This document shows, piece after piece, positions 46,711 through 57,636 of a DNA stretch of 64,000 nucleotides; within the stretch, counting starts at the first letter, position 1; each line of letters opens with the position of its first letter. A program made the position numbers and the translations under genes. Origin of the DNA: Myxococcota bacterium (GTDB lineage Bacteria > Myxococcota_A > UBA9160 > UBA4427); contig JAQWNI010000253.1 in NCBI GenBank assembly GCA_029268645.1, positions 7,690 to 71,689 of the forward strand, given 5' to 3'. The notes beneath the pieces are model-generated. The model worked only from the letters and a program-made list of their open reading frames with translations. It was not told the origin of the DNA and did no database searches.

Positions 46711-47196
46711 ATGCTGCCCATGGACGAGATCGAGCCCGGCTTGATGGTTACCCACAAAGCCACGGGCTTCCGTTATAGCGTCGTCGACCACGAAGACGAT
46801 GAAGTTTTGCTTTCGCCAGAGCAGTCCGGTCTTCAGGATCTGACGGTGGCCCTCGCTTTGTTTCAGGCCGAATTCGTCTCGAGCGAGCGATTTCGAGGGG
46901 TGGGAGGCCGCCGAGGCGGAAAGGGCAAAGGGAAGCGCCGAGCCGCCCCGGCCACTCAGGCCCCTGCCGGCCCCAAGTGTCGAGGCAAGATCAAGAAAAT
47001 GGTTCGGGATCGGGGCTTTGGCTTCATCCGAGGCGAGGATGGCAAAGAGGTTTTTTTCCATCGCTCCGGCCTGAACGCTGCAGAATACGACGGCTTGAAT
47101 GAGGGGGATGCCGTCGAGTACGTCGTCCAGGAAGGCCCGCGCGGAGCCCGCGCCGAAAACGTGAAGGCCGCCGTTTCCGAGGACGCCCCGGCCTGA
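46711..47196 (+). CDS. Cold-shock-domain protein with N-terminal extension
   Basis: C-terminal CSD: GKIK...DRGFGFI, VFFHRS, L.EG..V.Y, GPRG.RA.NV. Confidence 0.88.
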   Translation: MLPMDEIEPGLMVTHKATGFRYSVVDHEDDEVLLSPEQSGLQDLTVALALFQAEFVSSERFRGVGGRRGGKGKGKRRAAPATQAPAGPKCRGKIKKMVRDRGFGFIRGEDGKEVFFHRSGLNAAEYDGLNEGDAVEYVVQEGPRGARAENVKAAVSEDAPA

Positions 47197-47328
47197 CCGG
47201 CCCCTGTGAGCGGCGTCGCCGGGTTCCGAAGCGGCCCGGTCCCTCGCCCGCCCCACTTCCCCGGTTTCTGTTGCTTTCCTGGGTGCTCGCCTGGGGCTGC
47301 CCAAGAGATTCGCGGATAGACTTGAATC

Positions 47329-48222
47329 ATGAGCGAATCGACTTCTCCCGAAATCATCGGCCCGTCTTCTAGCTACTACGTTTCTCAGAGGCTCAAGCTT
47401 CATTATGTCGATTGGGGGAACGAATCGGCTCCCCCTCTGCTGCTGATCCACGGTGGTAAGGACCACGCCCGAAGTTGGGATTGGGTAGCGCGGGCGCTTC
47501 GCGATGAATATCACGTCATCGCACCTGATCTGCGAGGCCATGGAGACAGCGCTTGGGCAATCGGCGGTCATTACACGCTGCATGAGTTTGTGCTCGACAT
47601 CGCTCAACTCATCGAGACGCTGGGTCTTCATCCGTTGAAGATTGTTTCCCATTCGATGGGTGGAGCGGTTGCCCTGCAGTACACCTCTATTTACCCCAAC
47701 CGCGTTGAAAAATTGGTGGCCGTTGAGGGATTGGGCCCACCTCCTGAGATGATCGAGAAATACCGGAATGTTCCGATCTGGGACCGCGTCGACGAGTGGA
47801 TTCGGGATGTTCGAGGTTTGTCTTCGAGGAGCCCGCGCCGTTACCCAACGATTGATGCGGCGGCGGCCCGCATGCAGGAAGAAAACCCGCACCTGTCTCC
47901 CGAACAATCGCGACATCTCACCGTCCATGGTGTCGCCCGGAATGAAGACGGCACCTTCTCCTGGAAATTCGATAACTACGCGAGGGTCTTCTATCCCCAA
48001 AGTTGGGACCCAGAAGAGCGTCAGCTTCTTTGGTCTCGGATAGAGTGTCCCACTCTCTTGATGCGGGGCACCGAGAGCTGGGCCAGCGATCCCACCGAGG
48101 ATGGCCGGATCGAGCCCTTTCAGAACGCTCGATCCGTCAACGTGGAAGAGGCCGGCCATTGGGTTCACCACGACCAGCTGGAAGAATTCCTCTCGATCGT
48201 TCGACCGTTTCTCTTAAGTTAA
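47329..48222 (+). CDS. Alpha/beta hydrolase
   Basis: IHG, APDLRGHGDS, SHSMGG, AGHWVHHD. Confidence 0.9.
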   Translation: MSESTSPEIIGPSSSYYVSQRLKLHYVDWGNESAPPLLLIHGGKDHARSWDWVARALRDEYHVIAPDLRGHGDSAWAIGGHYTLHEFVLDIAQLIETLGLHPLKIVSHSMGGAVALQYTSIYPNRVEKLVAVEGLGPPPEMIEKYRNVPIWDRVDEWIRDVRGLSSRSPRRYPTIDAAAARMQEENPHLSPEQSRHLTVHGVARNEDGTFSWKFDNYARVFYPQSWDPEERQLLWSRIECPTLLMRGTESWASDPTEDGRIEPFQNARSVNVEEAGHWVHHDQLEEFLSIVRPFLLS

Positions 48223-48251
48223 GCGGAAGTCGACGGGGTGGACGTAGACGG

Positions 48252-48716
48252 TCAGCGGTAGTAAATCAGCACGGCTTCGGCGAGGCAGGCCGGTCTTTCG
48301 CTGCCTTCGATTTCCCACTTGACCTTGAATGTCACGCGGGCATCGCCACCGCCGAATAGTCGAACGTTGATGATCTGCGCGTGGATTCGAATTCGACTTC
48401 CCGAACGCACGGCCTCTTTGAGCCTCATCTTGTCGATTCCGTAGTTGACGACGCGAGAGCATTCCTTGACCTCGATCAACTCGTCCAGCAATGACGGAAC
48501 AACGGCGAGTGTGAGATACCCGTGGGCGATGGTGCCGCCAAAGGGTGACTCTTCTCTGGCACGAGCGGGGTCCACATGAATCCACTGGCGGTCCCCGGTC
48601 GCCTCGGCAAACGCATCGATCCGCGCTTGATCGATCTGAATCCATCGGCTGTGGCCGAGCGCTTCACCGACGTGCTCGCTCAGTTCACTGATTTCTGAAA
48701 GGCAGAGGTTCGGCAT
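48252..48716 (-). CDS. MaoC-family (R)-enoyl-CoA hydratase
   Basis: FAEATGDRQWIHVD, FGGTIAHG.LTL, NYG. Confidence 0.9.
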   Translation of the reverse strand: MPNLCLSEISELSEHVGEALGHSRWIQIDQARIDAFAEATGDRQWIHVDPARAREESPFGGTIAHGYLTLAVVPSLLDELIEVKECSRVVNYGIDKMRLKEAVRSGSRIRIHAQIINVRLFGGGDARVTFKVKWEIEGSERPACLAEAVLIYYR

Positions 48717-48845
48717 GCGCAGGCAGCATATCAAAGGCCGCTCGCAAAGTGTGACGTCAAGCCAGTTGGGTGCCATAATCCAGCGTTCTTATCGCGGGCG
48801 TCCTCACAGGCGCACCCGATTCCGGATTTTTCAGGAGGCCTTGCC

Positions 48846-50417
48846 ATGAAGTCCCGTCCCGGATTCGTCGCCCTGATCGCCCTCTTCTTTTCACTCGTCG
48901 TGGGTTTCTTTTGGAGCGGTTACTACGCCTGGCGCGCATCGATCGGGCTTGACCCCAGCGCTTTTCCTCTGGGAGAAACCCTGCAGCAGATCGGCGGTGT
49001 GATTTTTCCGAACATCGAAGTCGCCCTGGCCGGACTTGTCCTGGCGCTGGGCATGTTGCTGGTACTTGCCGCGCTGACCTTTTGGTTAGTTCGACGCAGC
49101 CGTCGGGCTCAAGTGGCTGGAATCGACCCGCAGCGCCGAACCTTTTTGACCGGGACCGTGGCCGGAGGTGGTGCAGCGTTGGGTGCTTTGGGGGCCGGAA
49201 GCGCGGGGATGGCGGCTCGCTGGCTCTATGGTGTTGGAGAGGGCGGCCGGGGCTGGAACGCGCCTCTCGGTCAAATCTTTGGAGGGAAGGTCGCCAAAAC
49301 CCATCCTGAGTGGAAAGAGGATTGGAAAGGCAGCCGGGTACAAAGTTATGGCCGTCTGGGCCGTACGGAGTGGCCGGTGTCAGACACGGTGGTGGGAACC
49401 GGTCCTCTGCGGGGAGAAAAGGGCGCAGCCATTGTCCGCACTGCTTTGGAGCGCGGCGTCAACTATATCGACACCTCTCCCGACTACTCGGCTTCCGGAA
49501 GCGAACAAATTGTGGGCGAAGCGATTGCCGGTTTCCCCAGAGAGTCTTTCTTTTTGGCAACGAAGTGGTGTACGCCTACAGGCCACCTTCCGGCGGGCAC
49601 GCCAGTCGAGCGTTACAAAGAGGTGGTCTATGAGAGCTTGGGACGACTCGGGGTCGAATATGTCGACTTGGTTCATGTGCACTCTTGCGATGAAACCGAC
49701 CGTCTCCTTGATCCGAACGTTCACGAAGCTTTCGCCCAGCTCAAGGCCGAAGGCCGGGTCCGCTTTCTGGGTTTTTCGAGTCACACCCCCAAATTGGTCG
49801 AAGTGGCCAACGCCGCGATCGATTCGGGGAAGTTCGATGTCATGATGCTGGCCTACCACCATGGGATCTGGCCCGAAATCGCGACCATCGTTGAGCGAGC
49901 CCAATCAGAGCAGGACATGGGTGTGGTCGCCATGAAGACGCTCAAAGGAGCGAAGCATCATGGTCTTGAGGGCTTTCAAGACGAGTCCGACAGTTATGCA
50001 CAGGCGGCGCTCAAGTGGGTGCACAGTGACCCCAACGTTTCCTGCGCGGTGATTTCGTTCTTCGAGATGCAGCATGTCGACGAATACCTGGCGGCTTCCG
50101 GGCAGCGAGTCGAACCGGAAGATCTGGCCCTGTTGGAAAAATACGACCGACTTTCTTCCGGCGAATATTGCTCGCCCCATTGCGGCGCTTGCCTAGACAG
50201 TTGTCCCGAAGGGGTACCCATCAACGATGTGTTGCGTCAGCGCATGTATTTTGAGGACTACCGCAGCGAGCGCCAAGCCATCGAGCTTTACGCCCAGCTG
50301 CAAAAAAATGCCGCGGCGTGCACGGGTTGCTCAGCGCCTTGCACCGGAACTTGTCCGTTTGGGATTCCGATTCAGCAGAAGTTGACTGGAGCGCACGACA
50401 TGCTCAGTTTGAGCTGA
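48846..50417 (+). CDS. Membrane-anchored aldo/keto reductase with C-terminal 4Fe-4S domain
   Basis: Two TM segments and [39 protein letters not shown] and [11 protein letters not shown]. Confidence 0.85.
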   Translation: MKSRPGFVALIALFFSLVVGFFWSGYYAWRASIGLDPSAFPLGETLQQIGGVIFPNIEVALAGLVLALGMLLVLAALTFWLVRRSRRAQVAGIDPQRRTFLTGTVAGGGAALGALGAGSAGMAARWLYGVGEGGRGWNAPLGQIFGGKVAKTHPEWKEDWKGSRVQSYGRLGRTEWPVSDTVVGTGPLRGEKGAAIVRTALERGVNYIDTSPDYSASGSEQIVGEAIAGFPRESFFLATKWCTPTGHLPAGTPVERYKEVVYESLGRLGVEYVDLVHVHSCDETDRLLDPNVHEAFAQLKAEGRVRFLGFSSHTPKLVEVANAAIDSGKFDVMMLAYHHGIWPEIATIVERAQSEQDMGVVAMKTLKGAKHHGLEGFQDESDSYAQAALKWVHSDPNVSCAVISFFEMQHVDEYLAASGQRVEPEDLALLEKYDRLSSGEYCSPHCGACLDSCPEGVPINDVLRQRMYFEDYRSERQAIELYAQLQKNAAACTGCSAPCTGTCPFGIPIQQKLTGAHDMLSLS

Positions 50418-50727
50418 GTCCGATTCCTTCACTTGCTGTCCCCGAAAGTGTTTCCATTTTTGCGGCCAGTTCGAAATCCAAGCCCGAGAGGCCGCCGGCA
50501 TCGTGAGTGGTGAGGCGAACCTCAACTCGGTTGTAGACGTTGAACCACTCTGGGTGATGGTTCAGCGTTTCGGCGACGAGAGCCGAGCGAGTCATGAAGC
50601 CAAATGCTTCGTTGAAGTCGTCGAAGACGAAGAGGCGGTACAACTTGCCGGCGTCGAGGGTCCATTTTGGAAGCGCCGCGAGTTGGCGATGAACTTCTTC
50701 ATCGTTGAGCTTCTGGGCTCGCGGCAC
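50404..50727 (-). CDS. phhB: Pterin-4-alpha-carbinolamine dehydratase
   Basis: [15 protein letters not shown]...[21 protein letters not shown]. Confidence 0.92.
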   Translation of the reverse strand: MPRAQKLNDEEVHRQLAALPKWTLDAGKLYRLFVFDDFNEAFGFMTRSALVAETLNHHPEWFNVYNRVEVRLTTHDAGGLSGLDFELAAKMETLSGTASEGIGLSSN

Positions 50728-50729
50728 GG

Positions 50730-52127
50730 TCAGTTCTCCTCCCTTCGGATGGCGCGTGTGAAGGCATCGAAGAGCGCACTGTGGACCTGATCCCGATCGG
50801 CGCGACCGTAGACCTCTCGAAAAGCGCGAAGAGGGATGATTCCCTTGGCCATTGACCGGTGGCCGCCGCCCACGCCCAAGCCTTCTACAACGGCCCGAAC
50901 GACGTCTCCTGCCGCGCGGACATAGCCGACGTTGCGGACGGAAAAGACCAGATCTCCACCCACTTGGCCCACCGCCACGGCCCACTCTGCCCCTTCTGCT
51001 TGAAGCGCCATGTCCGCCACCTGGGGAATGACATCTTCCCGCACGCGTCCGAGGACAAGCAGGTTGATTCCGTCCCGGACCTCGGCCTTGGCGAGAGCTC
51101 GCCCAAGGGCGCGAAGCCCGTCCATCGGTAGGGCAGGTCGTTCGATGCGGCGCAGTAAGGCGGGGCTGTGATGCGCATGAAGGTAGGCGAAGGACAGCAT
51201 GTCCTTTCGGCTGGTTTCGCGTCCCAAATATTGTGTGTCACTCTTGATGCCGTAGATTAAAGCCGTCGCCAGACGGGGGCCTGGGTCGATGTTGGCGGCC
51301 CGGAGGTACTCGGTCAGAATGGTCGAAGTCGCGCCGTAGTCGGGTCGAACGTCCCGAATTACGGCATCGTAGCCACTGCGTTCCGGGTGATGGTCGATGA
51401 CCGCGTCGACCGACAGGACTCGGGGCGGGGGGTTCTCTCCAAATACATTGGGCTGAACGTCAACGAGGACGAGACCATCCATCTCGTCTAACTCCGCCGG
51501 CTCGATCACCCGCACCTCGATGCCCAGGGCTTCACAGAGGGCTCGGTTTTCAGGCCGCTGGACTTCGCCAAAGGAAATGAGCGGGGCCGTTGTTCGTTTG
51601 CGACGTCCGAGTACGGATCGCAGAGCGTAGCCGCACGCAATGCCATCGGGGTCGGGGTCCGGTTGCAGCAGGATGCCCACTTTTTCGCGCGATTCGAAGA
51701 GTTCGCGAATCTGGACCACTTTCAGCAGGTTGGCGAGATGATCGAATTCATCATCGATGTCATCTCGGATGAGCGTCTTCAGCCCGGCTTTTCGAAGGCA
51801 GGCGTGATCCGGAAGGTCTTCTGTTTCAAGCGCATCGGTGAGGACAAGGATCGGCGCATCGGGAACGACCTTGCCTAATTCGCGAACTGCCGCGCGAACC
51901 CAAGGGCCGTCGTCGCTGGCCAGCGCAAAGTCATCCGCCGGCTTGGGACCGAGCTTCTGAAAGGCTTCTTCGCACAGCCCGCCTTGCAGGGCCCGAAAGC
52001 CCGGGGGCCGGGCGCGGGACTCATCCTCTCGCGGAACCCAAGTGAGCTCCTCGTCGGCTGCGGCCCCAATCTGGGCCCACAGTCTCGCCTTCTCGGCTCC
52101 ATCGCAGACGATGATGCGGCGTCCCAT
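50730..52127 (-). CDS. DHH-family phosphoesterase with N-terminal extension
   Basis: DPDPDG, LVD, IDHH, GATST, GIKSDT, GGGH..MA. Confidence 0.88.
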   Translation of the reverse strand: MGRRIIVCDGAEKARLWAQIGAAADEELTWVPREDESRARPPGFRALQGGLCEEAFQKLGPKPADDFALASDDGPWVRAAVRELGKVVPDAPILVLTDALETEDLPDHACLRKAGLKTLIRDDIDDEFDHLANLLKVVQIRELFESREKVGILLQPDPDPDGIACGYALRSVLGRRKRTTAPLISFGEVQRPENRALCEALGIEVRVIEPAELDEMDGLVLVDVQPNVFGENPPPRVLSVDAVIDHHPERSGYDAVIRDVRPDYGATSTILTEYLRAANIDPGPRLATALIYGIKSDTQYLGRETSRKDMLSFAYLHAHHSPALLRRIERPALPMDGLRALGRALAKAEVRDGINLLVLGRVREDVIPQVADMALQAEGAEWAVAVGQVGGDLVFSVRNVGYVRAAGDVVRAVVEGLGVGGGHRSMAKGIIPLRAFREVYGRADRDQVHSALFDAFTRAIRREEN

Positions 52128-52450
52128 CCATCCCCCGGTCTTGGCGTCGACCTGGCGCGGCTCAACGAAGGCCTCGCAAGAAGGTTTTAGAGAAGGTTCG
52201 ATCCCGGAAAAAAAAGAATAAGGAAAGCTCGTTGGTGACTGGCTGCGGTTGAAAAGCCGGCGCCAAAGACCGGCCTGCTTCGCCCGTCAATCGCGACAGC
52301 CGCCGGAGGGTAGCCCGATTTGAGCATCGGGTCGCACCACGTTCTCGGCCAATCCCGGCGGGGGCGTTTCGGCGAATCACCGCCCGCGGGCGGTTCTGGG
52401 CCTTGGTTGAGTCAGGGGGTGATGGTCGGGGCCTCGCTACTCTGACTCCG

Positions 52451-52795
52451 ATGAGTCAAAGCGAGGATGACCCGATTCCGGAAACTGATGAGGATCCGAT
52501 CTTTGTGGTGCCGATCGAGGAATCAATCGATCTTCATGGCTTTCGTCCCCGGGAAATTTTGGATGTCGTCGATGCCTATCTCGATGCGGCCCTTGAGCGG
52601 GGCTTTGTGGAGGTCCGACTCATCCACGGCCGAGGCAAGGGTGTGCAGCGGGCCCGCGTCCATCAATGGCTTGAAGGCGATCCCCGCGTGCGGCGGGTCG
52701 AAGAAGCCCCCCCGCGACGAGGGGGGTGGGGGGCGACCCTGGCGTGGCTCGATCCCGCGAGTGTACCGTCCCCTGATCAGGACCCCGAGAAGTAG
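52451..52795 (+). CDS. Smr-domain protein
   Basis: IDLHGF, IHGRGKG, GGWGAT. Confidence 0.9.
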   Translation: MSQSEDDPIPETDEDPIFVVPIEESIDLHGFRPREILDVVDAYLDAALERGFVEVRLIHGRGKGVQRARVHQWLEGDPRVRRVEEAPPRRGGWGATLAWLDPASVPSPDQDPEK

Positions 52796-52840
52796 GGAAA
52801 GTGCTCGATCGTCTCGGGTCATTGGGGGGGAAGCCGGGCA

Positions 52841-53758
52841 TTGAGTGGGAGTAGCCGAGGTCGGAAAGGGCGCCGCTCCGGTCGCAGCGTTGACGAGCGG
52901 CGACCGGTTTTCATCGGAGATGTCCAGGGCTGTGACGCTGAATTGGACGCGTTGCTGTCGCAGCTTGAGAACCGCTTTGGCCGGGAGGGTTTCGTGCTGC
53001 ACTCGGTCGGAGACTTGGTCAATCGTGGTCCAGGATCCTTGCGAGTGCTTGAGCGGGTTCACCGCCTGTGGGACGAAGGGCGTGCCGTGATCGTGCTCGG
53101 CAATCACGAGCTTCACCTCTTGATGGTGGCGCTGGAGTTGCGAGCGCTTGGGGAGCGGGACACTTTTGGGGATGTCCTCGACTCATCGGATTGGAAGAGC
53201 TGGGTGGACTGGCTACGCACTCGCTCGATTGCAATCGGGGCCGATCTGTATGGCCAACCCTTTGTGATGGTTCACGCATCGGTTCACCCAGATTGGAATT
53301 TCGATCAAGTGGCGTGCGAAGCGGCCCGCATCGAAAGAGAACTCGGAGGGGGGGATTGGGAAGCGACCCGTTGTTTGCTGGCTCAGGACCCCACGGAGGC
53401 TGAGCCGGACTCGGTGAGAGATGTCCTGGGACGAATGGTTTCGGCTCGAAGCGTGAAGCCAGGCACGTGGTCGAGTTCTGTCCCCAATGGAGAGGGGGTT
53501 CCCTGGCACGAACCCTGGTTGAAAGCGGAACACGACTATGGGGTTGTGTACGGGCATTGGGCTTTGCAAGGGCTGCATGTTGCGCGGGGCTTAAGAGGTT
53601 TGGACACCGGGTGCGTCCACAACGGGCGAGGTCGTTCCGGTTGCCTCACGGCGTGGATTCCGTCTCCCCCGGAATCGGATCGTGGCTTTCCAGGTTGTTT
53701 CGAGCTTCCCGACGACGCGTTCTTGAAGATTCCCGCCCAGGCTCGTTACATCCGGTGA
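52841..53758 (+). CDS. apaH: ApaH-like symmetrical diadenosine tetraphosphatase (metallophosphoesterase)
   Basis: IGDVQGC, VGDLVNRGP.SL, LGNHE, MVHA, GHWA..G, LDTGCV. Confidence 0.82.
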   Translation: MSGSSRGRKGRRSGRSVDERRPVFIGDVQGCDAELDALLSQLENRFGREGFVLHSVGDLVNRGPGSLRVLERVHRLWDEGRAVIVLGNHELHLLMVALELRALGERDTFGDVLDSSDWKSWVDWLRTRSIAIGADLYGQPFVMVHASVHPDWNFDQVACEAARIERELGGGDWEATRCLLAQDPTEAEPDSVRDVLGRMVSARSVKPGTWSSSVPNGEGVPWHEPWLKAEHDYGVVYGHWALQGLHVARGLRGLDTGCVHNGRGRSGCLTAWIPSPPESDRGFPGCFELPDDAFLKIPAQARYIR

Positions 53759-55377
53759 TGGCCGCTTGGCGGGGGAGACCGTTTGGCCATGCGCCTGACC
53801 CGCCGGCCGGGTTGAGAAGGCTTGGGGGGCTGGTGATCACCGCGCTGCTGGTTGTGCTTGGTTGCGCGGTGAACCCTGTCAGCGGTCAGCGTCAACTGGT
53901 CTTCATGTCCGAGGACCAGGAAAAAAAGATCGACGAGCAGGCGGCGACTCAGGTCGCTGAGCAAATTGGGCTGGTCGAAGATCCCGCTCTGACTGCGTAT
54001 GTGAATGAGATCGGCCAGGCCTTGGCAAAGAATTCACCTCGCCAAGGCGTACGCTATCGATTTCATGTAGTCGCCATGGATGAGCCCAACGCTTTTGCGC
54101 TTCCAGGCGGGAATATCTACATCTCCCGAGGTCTTCTCCTCCTGCTCAACGACGAGTCTGAGTTGGCCAATGTCTTGGGTCACGAAATTGGTCATGTGGC
54201 CGCTCGGCACGCTGCCCAGCGCGATGCGCTCATGAAGGTAATGACCGTTCTGAATACGGTCGGGATGATTGGGGCGTCGGTCGGAGGTGCGCGCAGCAAT
54301 GGGAATGGGGGTCCGGTGGGCAATCCCGGACTCCACGGTTTTTCGCGTCAGCAGGAAAGTGAAGCCGATGAGATCGGGCAGGACCTGGCGGTGGCGACGG
54401 GCATTGATCCATCCGGCATGGCGAGGTTGCTCCGCAGTCTGGACGCCAGCGAAAGAATGGAGAGAGGCTTTTCTCGCGAAACGGGTTACTTCGACACGCA
54501 CCCCGCGGCTCGAGAGCGGGCGGCTGAGGCCGCGACGTCTGCCGAAGTGCGCCGTTTCGAGTCTCACTTTGCCGTGGCCGAGAGTCGCCAGGACTTCCTG
54601 AATCGGGTGACCGGCCTTTCCGTGGGCCCTCCCGCCTCGGAGGGAATCGTGGAGGGCGAGCGTTTTCTTCATCCCGATCTCGATTTCTCCGTTCGCTTTC
54701 CCGCTGGGTGGGAAGTCGTCAACACACGACCCGCTGTCTATGCCCTTTCTCCGGCCCGTGATGCGATCTTGACCCTTGAACTTCACGGCGAAGGAGACGA
54801 CCCGGCTGCGGCCGCCCACGCTTGGGGGGGCGACGCGGCGGTGGCTGGTCCACACGCCGGTCCTGTCCGCATCGGGGGCCGAGAGGGCTACCGCGTGCGC
54901 GGCCGCGTCCCGACCCTGGCGGGTCAAACCTTGGCGGAGGTCTACTGGATCAGTGACCGCGGCATGATTTATCGATTGAGCGGAACGGTTCTCCGCGGAG
55001 ACTTCGAGCGCTACGCCGGAACCTTCCGCACCTTTCCGCGCAGCTTCCGTTCACTCACAGCCGACGAACGCACATCGATGAGTGAAATCCGAATCGAGGT
55101 CATCGAGAGCTTGCCCGGTGAAACTCTCGAGTCGCTGAGCCACCGGACCGGGAATACCTGGGATCCGATCGAGACGGCGGTACACAATGGAATTCGACCC
55201 GGCCAGACTCTGGAGCCGGGTCAGCTCGTGAAGGTGGCGGTTCGGATTTCCTACCGAGCGTCCAGCCCGCATCTTCAGGGTGATCTCGAACGGGATGTGG
55301 CCCCGGAAGATCCTTCTGCGGCCAAAGGGGTGCCGCCTCGGCCGCCCCCACCCTTGGAGGTGGGCGGATCCGGGTGA
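53758..55377 (+). CDS. M48 metalloprotease lipoprotein (BepA-like) with C-terminal LysM-like segment
   Basis: VLGC lipobox, NAFALPGG, HEIGH, E.EAD, THP; GETLESLS...N.......PGQ.VKV. Confidence 0.88.
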   Translation: MAAWRGRPFGHAPDPPAGLRRLGGLVITALLVVLGCAVNPVSGQRQLVFMSEDQEKKIDEQAATQVAEQIGLVEDPALTAYVNEIGQALAKNSPRQGVRYRFHVVAMDEPNAFALPGGNIYISRGLLLLLNDESELANVLGHEIGHVAARHAAQRDALMKVMTVLNTVGMIGASVGGARSNGNGGPVGNPGLHGFSRQQESEADEIGQDLAVATGIDPSGMARLLRSLDASERMERGFSRETGYFDTHPAARERAAEAATSAEVRRFESHFAVAESRQDFLNRVTGLSVGPPASEGIVEGERFLHPDLDFSVRFPAGWEVVNTRPAVYALSPARDAILTLELHGEGDDPAAAAHAWGGDAAVAGPHAGPVRIGGREGYRVRGRVPTLAGQTLAEVYWISDRGMIYRLSGTVLRGDFERYAGTFRTFPRSFRSLTADERTSMSEIRIEVIESLPGETLESLSHRTGNTWDPIETAVHNGIRPGQTLEPGQLVKVAVRISYRASSPHLQGDLERDVAPEDPSAAKGVPPRPPPPLEVGGSG

Positions 55378-55493
55378 TAGTCCCCGGCGAATGAGGGTCT
55401 GGCCCGCCGGGGCACCCGGATCTAAGATGGGGGATCCTGCCGAGCGCCGCTTAGAGTGGGCGGCGATCTCGTACAATCAGCCAGGAGGGATTC

Positions 55494-55763
55494 GTGCCGC
55501 TCATCATTGTGCCTGAGGCCTATCGGGGCCCGACCCAGGGCCTGGCTCAGATCGAGGTGAAGGCCGAAAGCGTTCGCGCCGCCCTTAAAGCGGTGGAAAG
55601 CGAGCATCCGGGTTTCCAAGATCTCATCCTGGATGCCCAGGGCCGCCAGCATCGTTTTGTCAAACTCTTCATCAATGAGGAACCCATTCCGGCCGACGCT
55701 CTCGACACCCCCTTGGGTGATTCAGACCGTCTTGAAGTGCTGGCTGCAATTGCGGGGGGCTGA
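55494..55763 (+). CDS. moaD: MoaD/ThiS sulfur-carrier protein
   Basis: Ubiquitin-like size, ends AIAGG; precedes AOR and moeA. Confidence 0.8.
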   Translation: MPLIIVPEAYRGPTQGLAQIEVKAESVRAALKAVESEHPGFQDLILDAQGRQHRFVKLFINEEPIPADALDTPLGDSDRLEVLAAIAGG

Positions 55764-55850
55764 ATCCGCCCTCCGTACTATATTCATACACCGGCAAAAC
55801 GCCGTACTGTGGCTCCCCCGCAGAGGAGAGCCAGCAAGGAGAGGAACAAC

Positions 55851-57590
55851 ATGCCCGCATACGAAGGGGATCACCTCGTTTACGTCGATATGACGACGCA
55901 GACTGTTTCGACCGAACCTTTTCCCGAAGATTGGCGGATGCTCGGAGGGCGGTCCCTATCGGCTCGACTTCTGCGGGACCAATGCGACCCGGCCTGTGAT
56001 GCGCTGGGTCCTGACAACGTGCTCGTGATGGCGCCCGGCGTCCTCGCCGGAACCACGGCGCCCACCAGTGGCCGCATTTCAATTGGCGGAAAAAGTCCCT
56101 TGACCGGCGGCATCAAGGAAGCCAATTCCGGTGGAAATCCCGGCCAGGATCTGATGAAGCTCGGAATTCGAGCCATCATTGTGAAGGGCCAGCCCTCAGA
56201 TCGAGACCTACGGTTCGGCTTGGAAATCAGCCCCGACGGCATGTCGATTGTGGCGGCTGATGATTACAAGGGTCTTTGGAACTACGCCTGCTGTGCGAAG
56301 CTGCTTGAGGGCACCCCGAAATCGGTTTCTGCGATCAGCATTGGTCCTGCTGGTGAACAGATGCTTTCAGGGGCTTCCGTGGCCTGCACGGATCAGGACA
56401 AGGACCGTCGCCCCGCCCGCCACGCCGCTCGCGGCGGACTGGGTGCCGTCATGGGCAGCAAGGGGCTTAAGTGGGTGAAGATCGATACCGGCAAGGCCAA
56501 GGCACGCCGTCCCGCGGATCCCAAGGCCTTCTCGGCAAAGATCAAGTCCTACAGCTCAGACTATTTGGGCGGTCCGCAGATGTTTGCCAAGGGGACGAGC
56601 GCCTTCGTTCAAACGGCCAACATGCTTCACACCTTCGTTTATAAGAACCGAACAGAGGGGCAGTCTCCTAACGTCAACGAGCTCGATGGAGCGCGAATTG
56701 TCGAGAGCTTTGAGACCCGGGGTGGAGGCATGCATAACTGCATGACGGGCTGCATCGTGCAATGCAGCAACATTGTTCACGACAAGGACGGCAACTACAT
56801 GACGTCCGCCCTCGAGTTCGAAACCATCACATTGCTCGGAGCCAGCTGCGCGATTGAAAGCATCGACGACGTGGCTGAATTGGATCGTCTCTGTGATGAG
56901 CTCGGTCTGGATACCATTGAGACCGGCGCAGCCATCGCGATCCTCATGGATTCGGATCATGATGCCATCGAGTACGGTGATGCCGAAGGCGCTAAGGCGC
57001 TCCTGCGGCAAATCTCCGAAGGAAAGGAACTCGGTCAGGTCGTTGGCAACGGAGCCGTTGCTGCGGGCCAGTTCACGGGTCATGCCCGGGTGCCCGAGGC
57101 ACGGGGCCAGGCGATTCCTGCATGGGATCCGCGACCTCTGAAGGCCACGGGCGTCACCTATGCGACGAGCCCAATGGGAGCCGACCACACCGCCGGTCTG
57201 ATCATCAACCCAGGCCTCCAGCCCGACCAGTTCGCCCGGGCCAGCCAGGAATCCCAGATGGTCAATGCGATCACTGATTCTTCTGGATTCTGTCAGTTCC
57301 TGCAGCCCAGCATGATCGACATTGCAGCGTACTACAGCGCCTTCTTCGGCGAGGACGTGACCAAGGAGCAGATGGCGGATCAAGCCTGGGATTGTCTGGT
57401 TGACGAGTGGAAGTTCAACGAGGGCGCTGGCTGGAAGACCGAGGACGATCGCCTCTCGGACTGTCTGATCAACGAGGGCATTGGCCCGGATGGTGTCTTC
57501 AAGTTTGACGTGACGCCGGATATCATCTCCGCGGCTAAGGAACGGATGTCTCCTTCCGACGAGCTTTACACCAACAAAGCGAGTGGCTGA
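55851..57590 (+). CDS. aor: Aldehyde:ferredoxin oxidoreductase (tungstopterin family)
   Basis: KSPLTGGIKEANSGG, IGPAGE, ARGGLGAVMGSKGLK, CMTGCIVQC, EFET, CDELGLDTIE, GADH, DSSGFC. Confidence 0.92.
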   Translation: MPAYEGDHLVYVDMTTQTVSTEPFPEDWRMLGGRSLSARLLRDQCDPACDALGPDNVLVMAPGVLAGTTAPTSGRISIGGKSPLTGGIKEANSGGNPGQDLMKLGIRAIIVKGQPSDRDLRFGLEISPDGMSIVAADDYKGLWNYACCAKLLEGTPKSVSAISIGPAGEQMLSGASVACTDQDKDRRPARHAARGGLGAVMGSKGLKWVKIDTGKAKARRPADPKAFSAKIKSYSSDYLGGPQMFAKGTSAFVQTANMLHTFVYKNRTEGQSPNVNELDGARIVESFETRGGGMHNCMTGCIVQCSNIVHDKDGNYMTSALEFETITLLGASCAIESIDDVAELDRLCDELGLDTIETGAAIAILMDSDHDAIEYGDAEGAKALLRQISEGKELGQVVGNGAVAAGQFTGHARVPEARGQAIPAWDPRPLKATGVTYATSPMGADHTAGLIINPGLQPDQFARASQESQMVNAITDSSGFCQFLQPSMIDIAAYYSAFFGEDVTKEQMADQAWDCLVDEWKFNEGAGWKTEDDRLSDCLINEGIGPDGVFKFDVTPDIISAAKERMSPSDELYTNKASG

Positions 57591-57636
57591 AAATCGCACG
57601 AGGCCGGGCTTTCCGGTTGCGTCGCTCGGATGTGGG

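Noticed and set aside
46582..48171. 529-aa minus-strand ORF
   Set aside because: Antisense to the cold-shock and hydrolase genes; typical high-GC shadow ORF.
52128..52450. Possible tRNA or ncRNA (GGTTCGATCCC, T-loop-like) in the intergenic gap
   Set aside because: No cloverleaf, acceptor stem or CCA end could be built around it.
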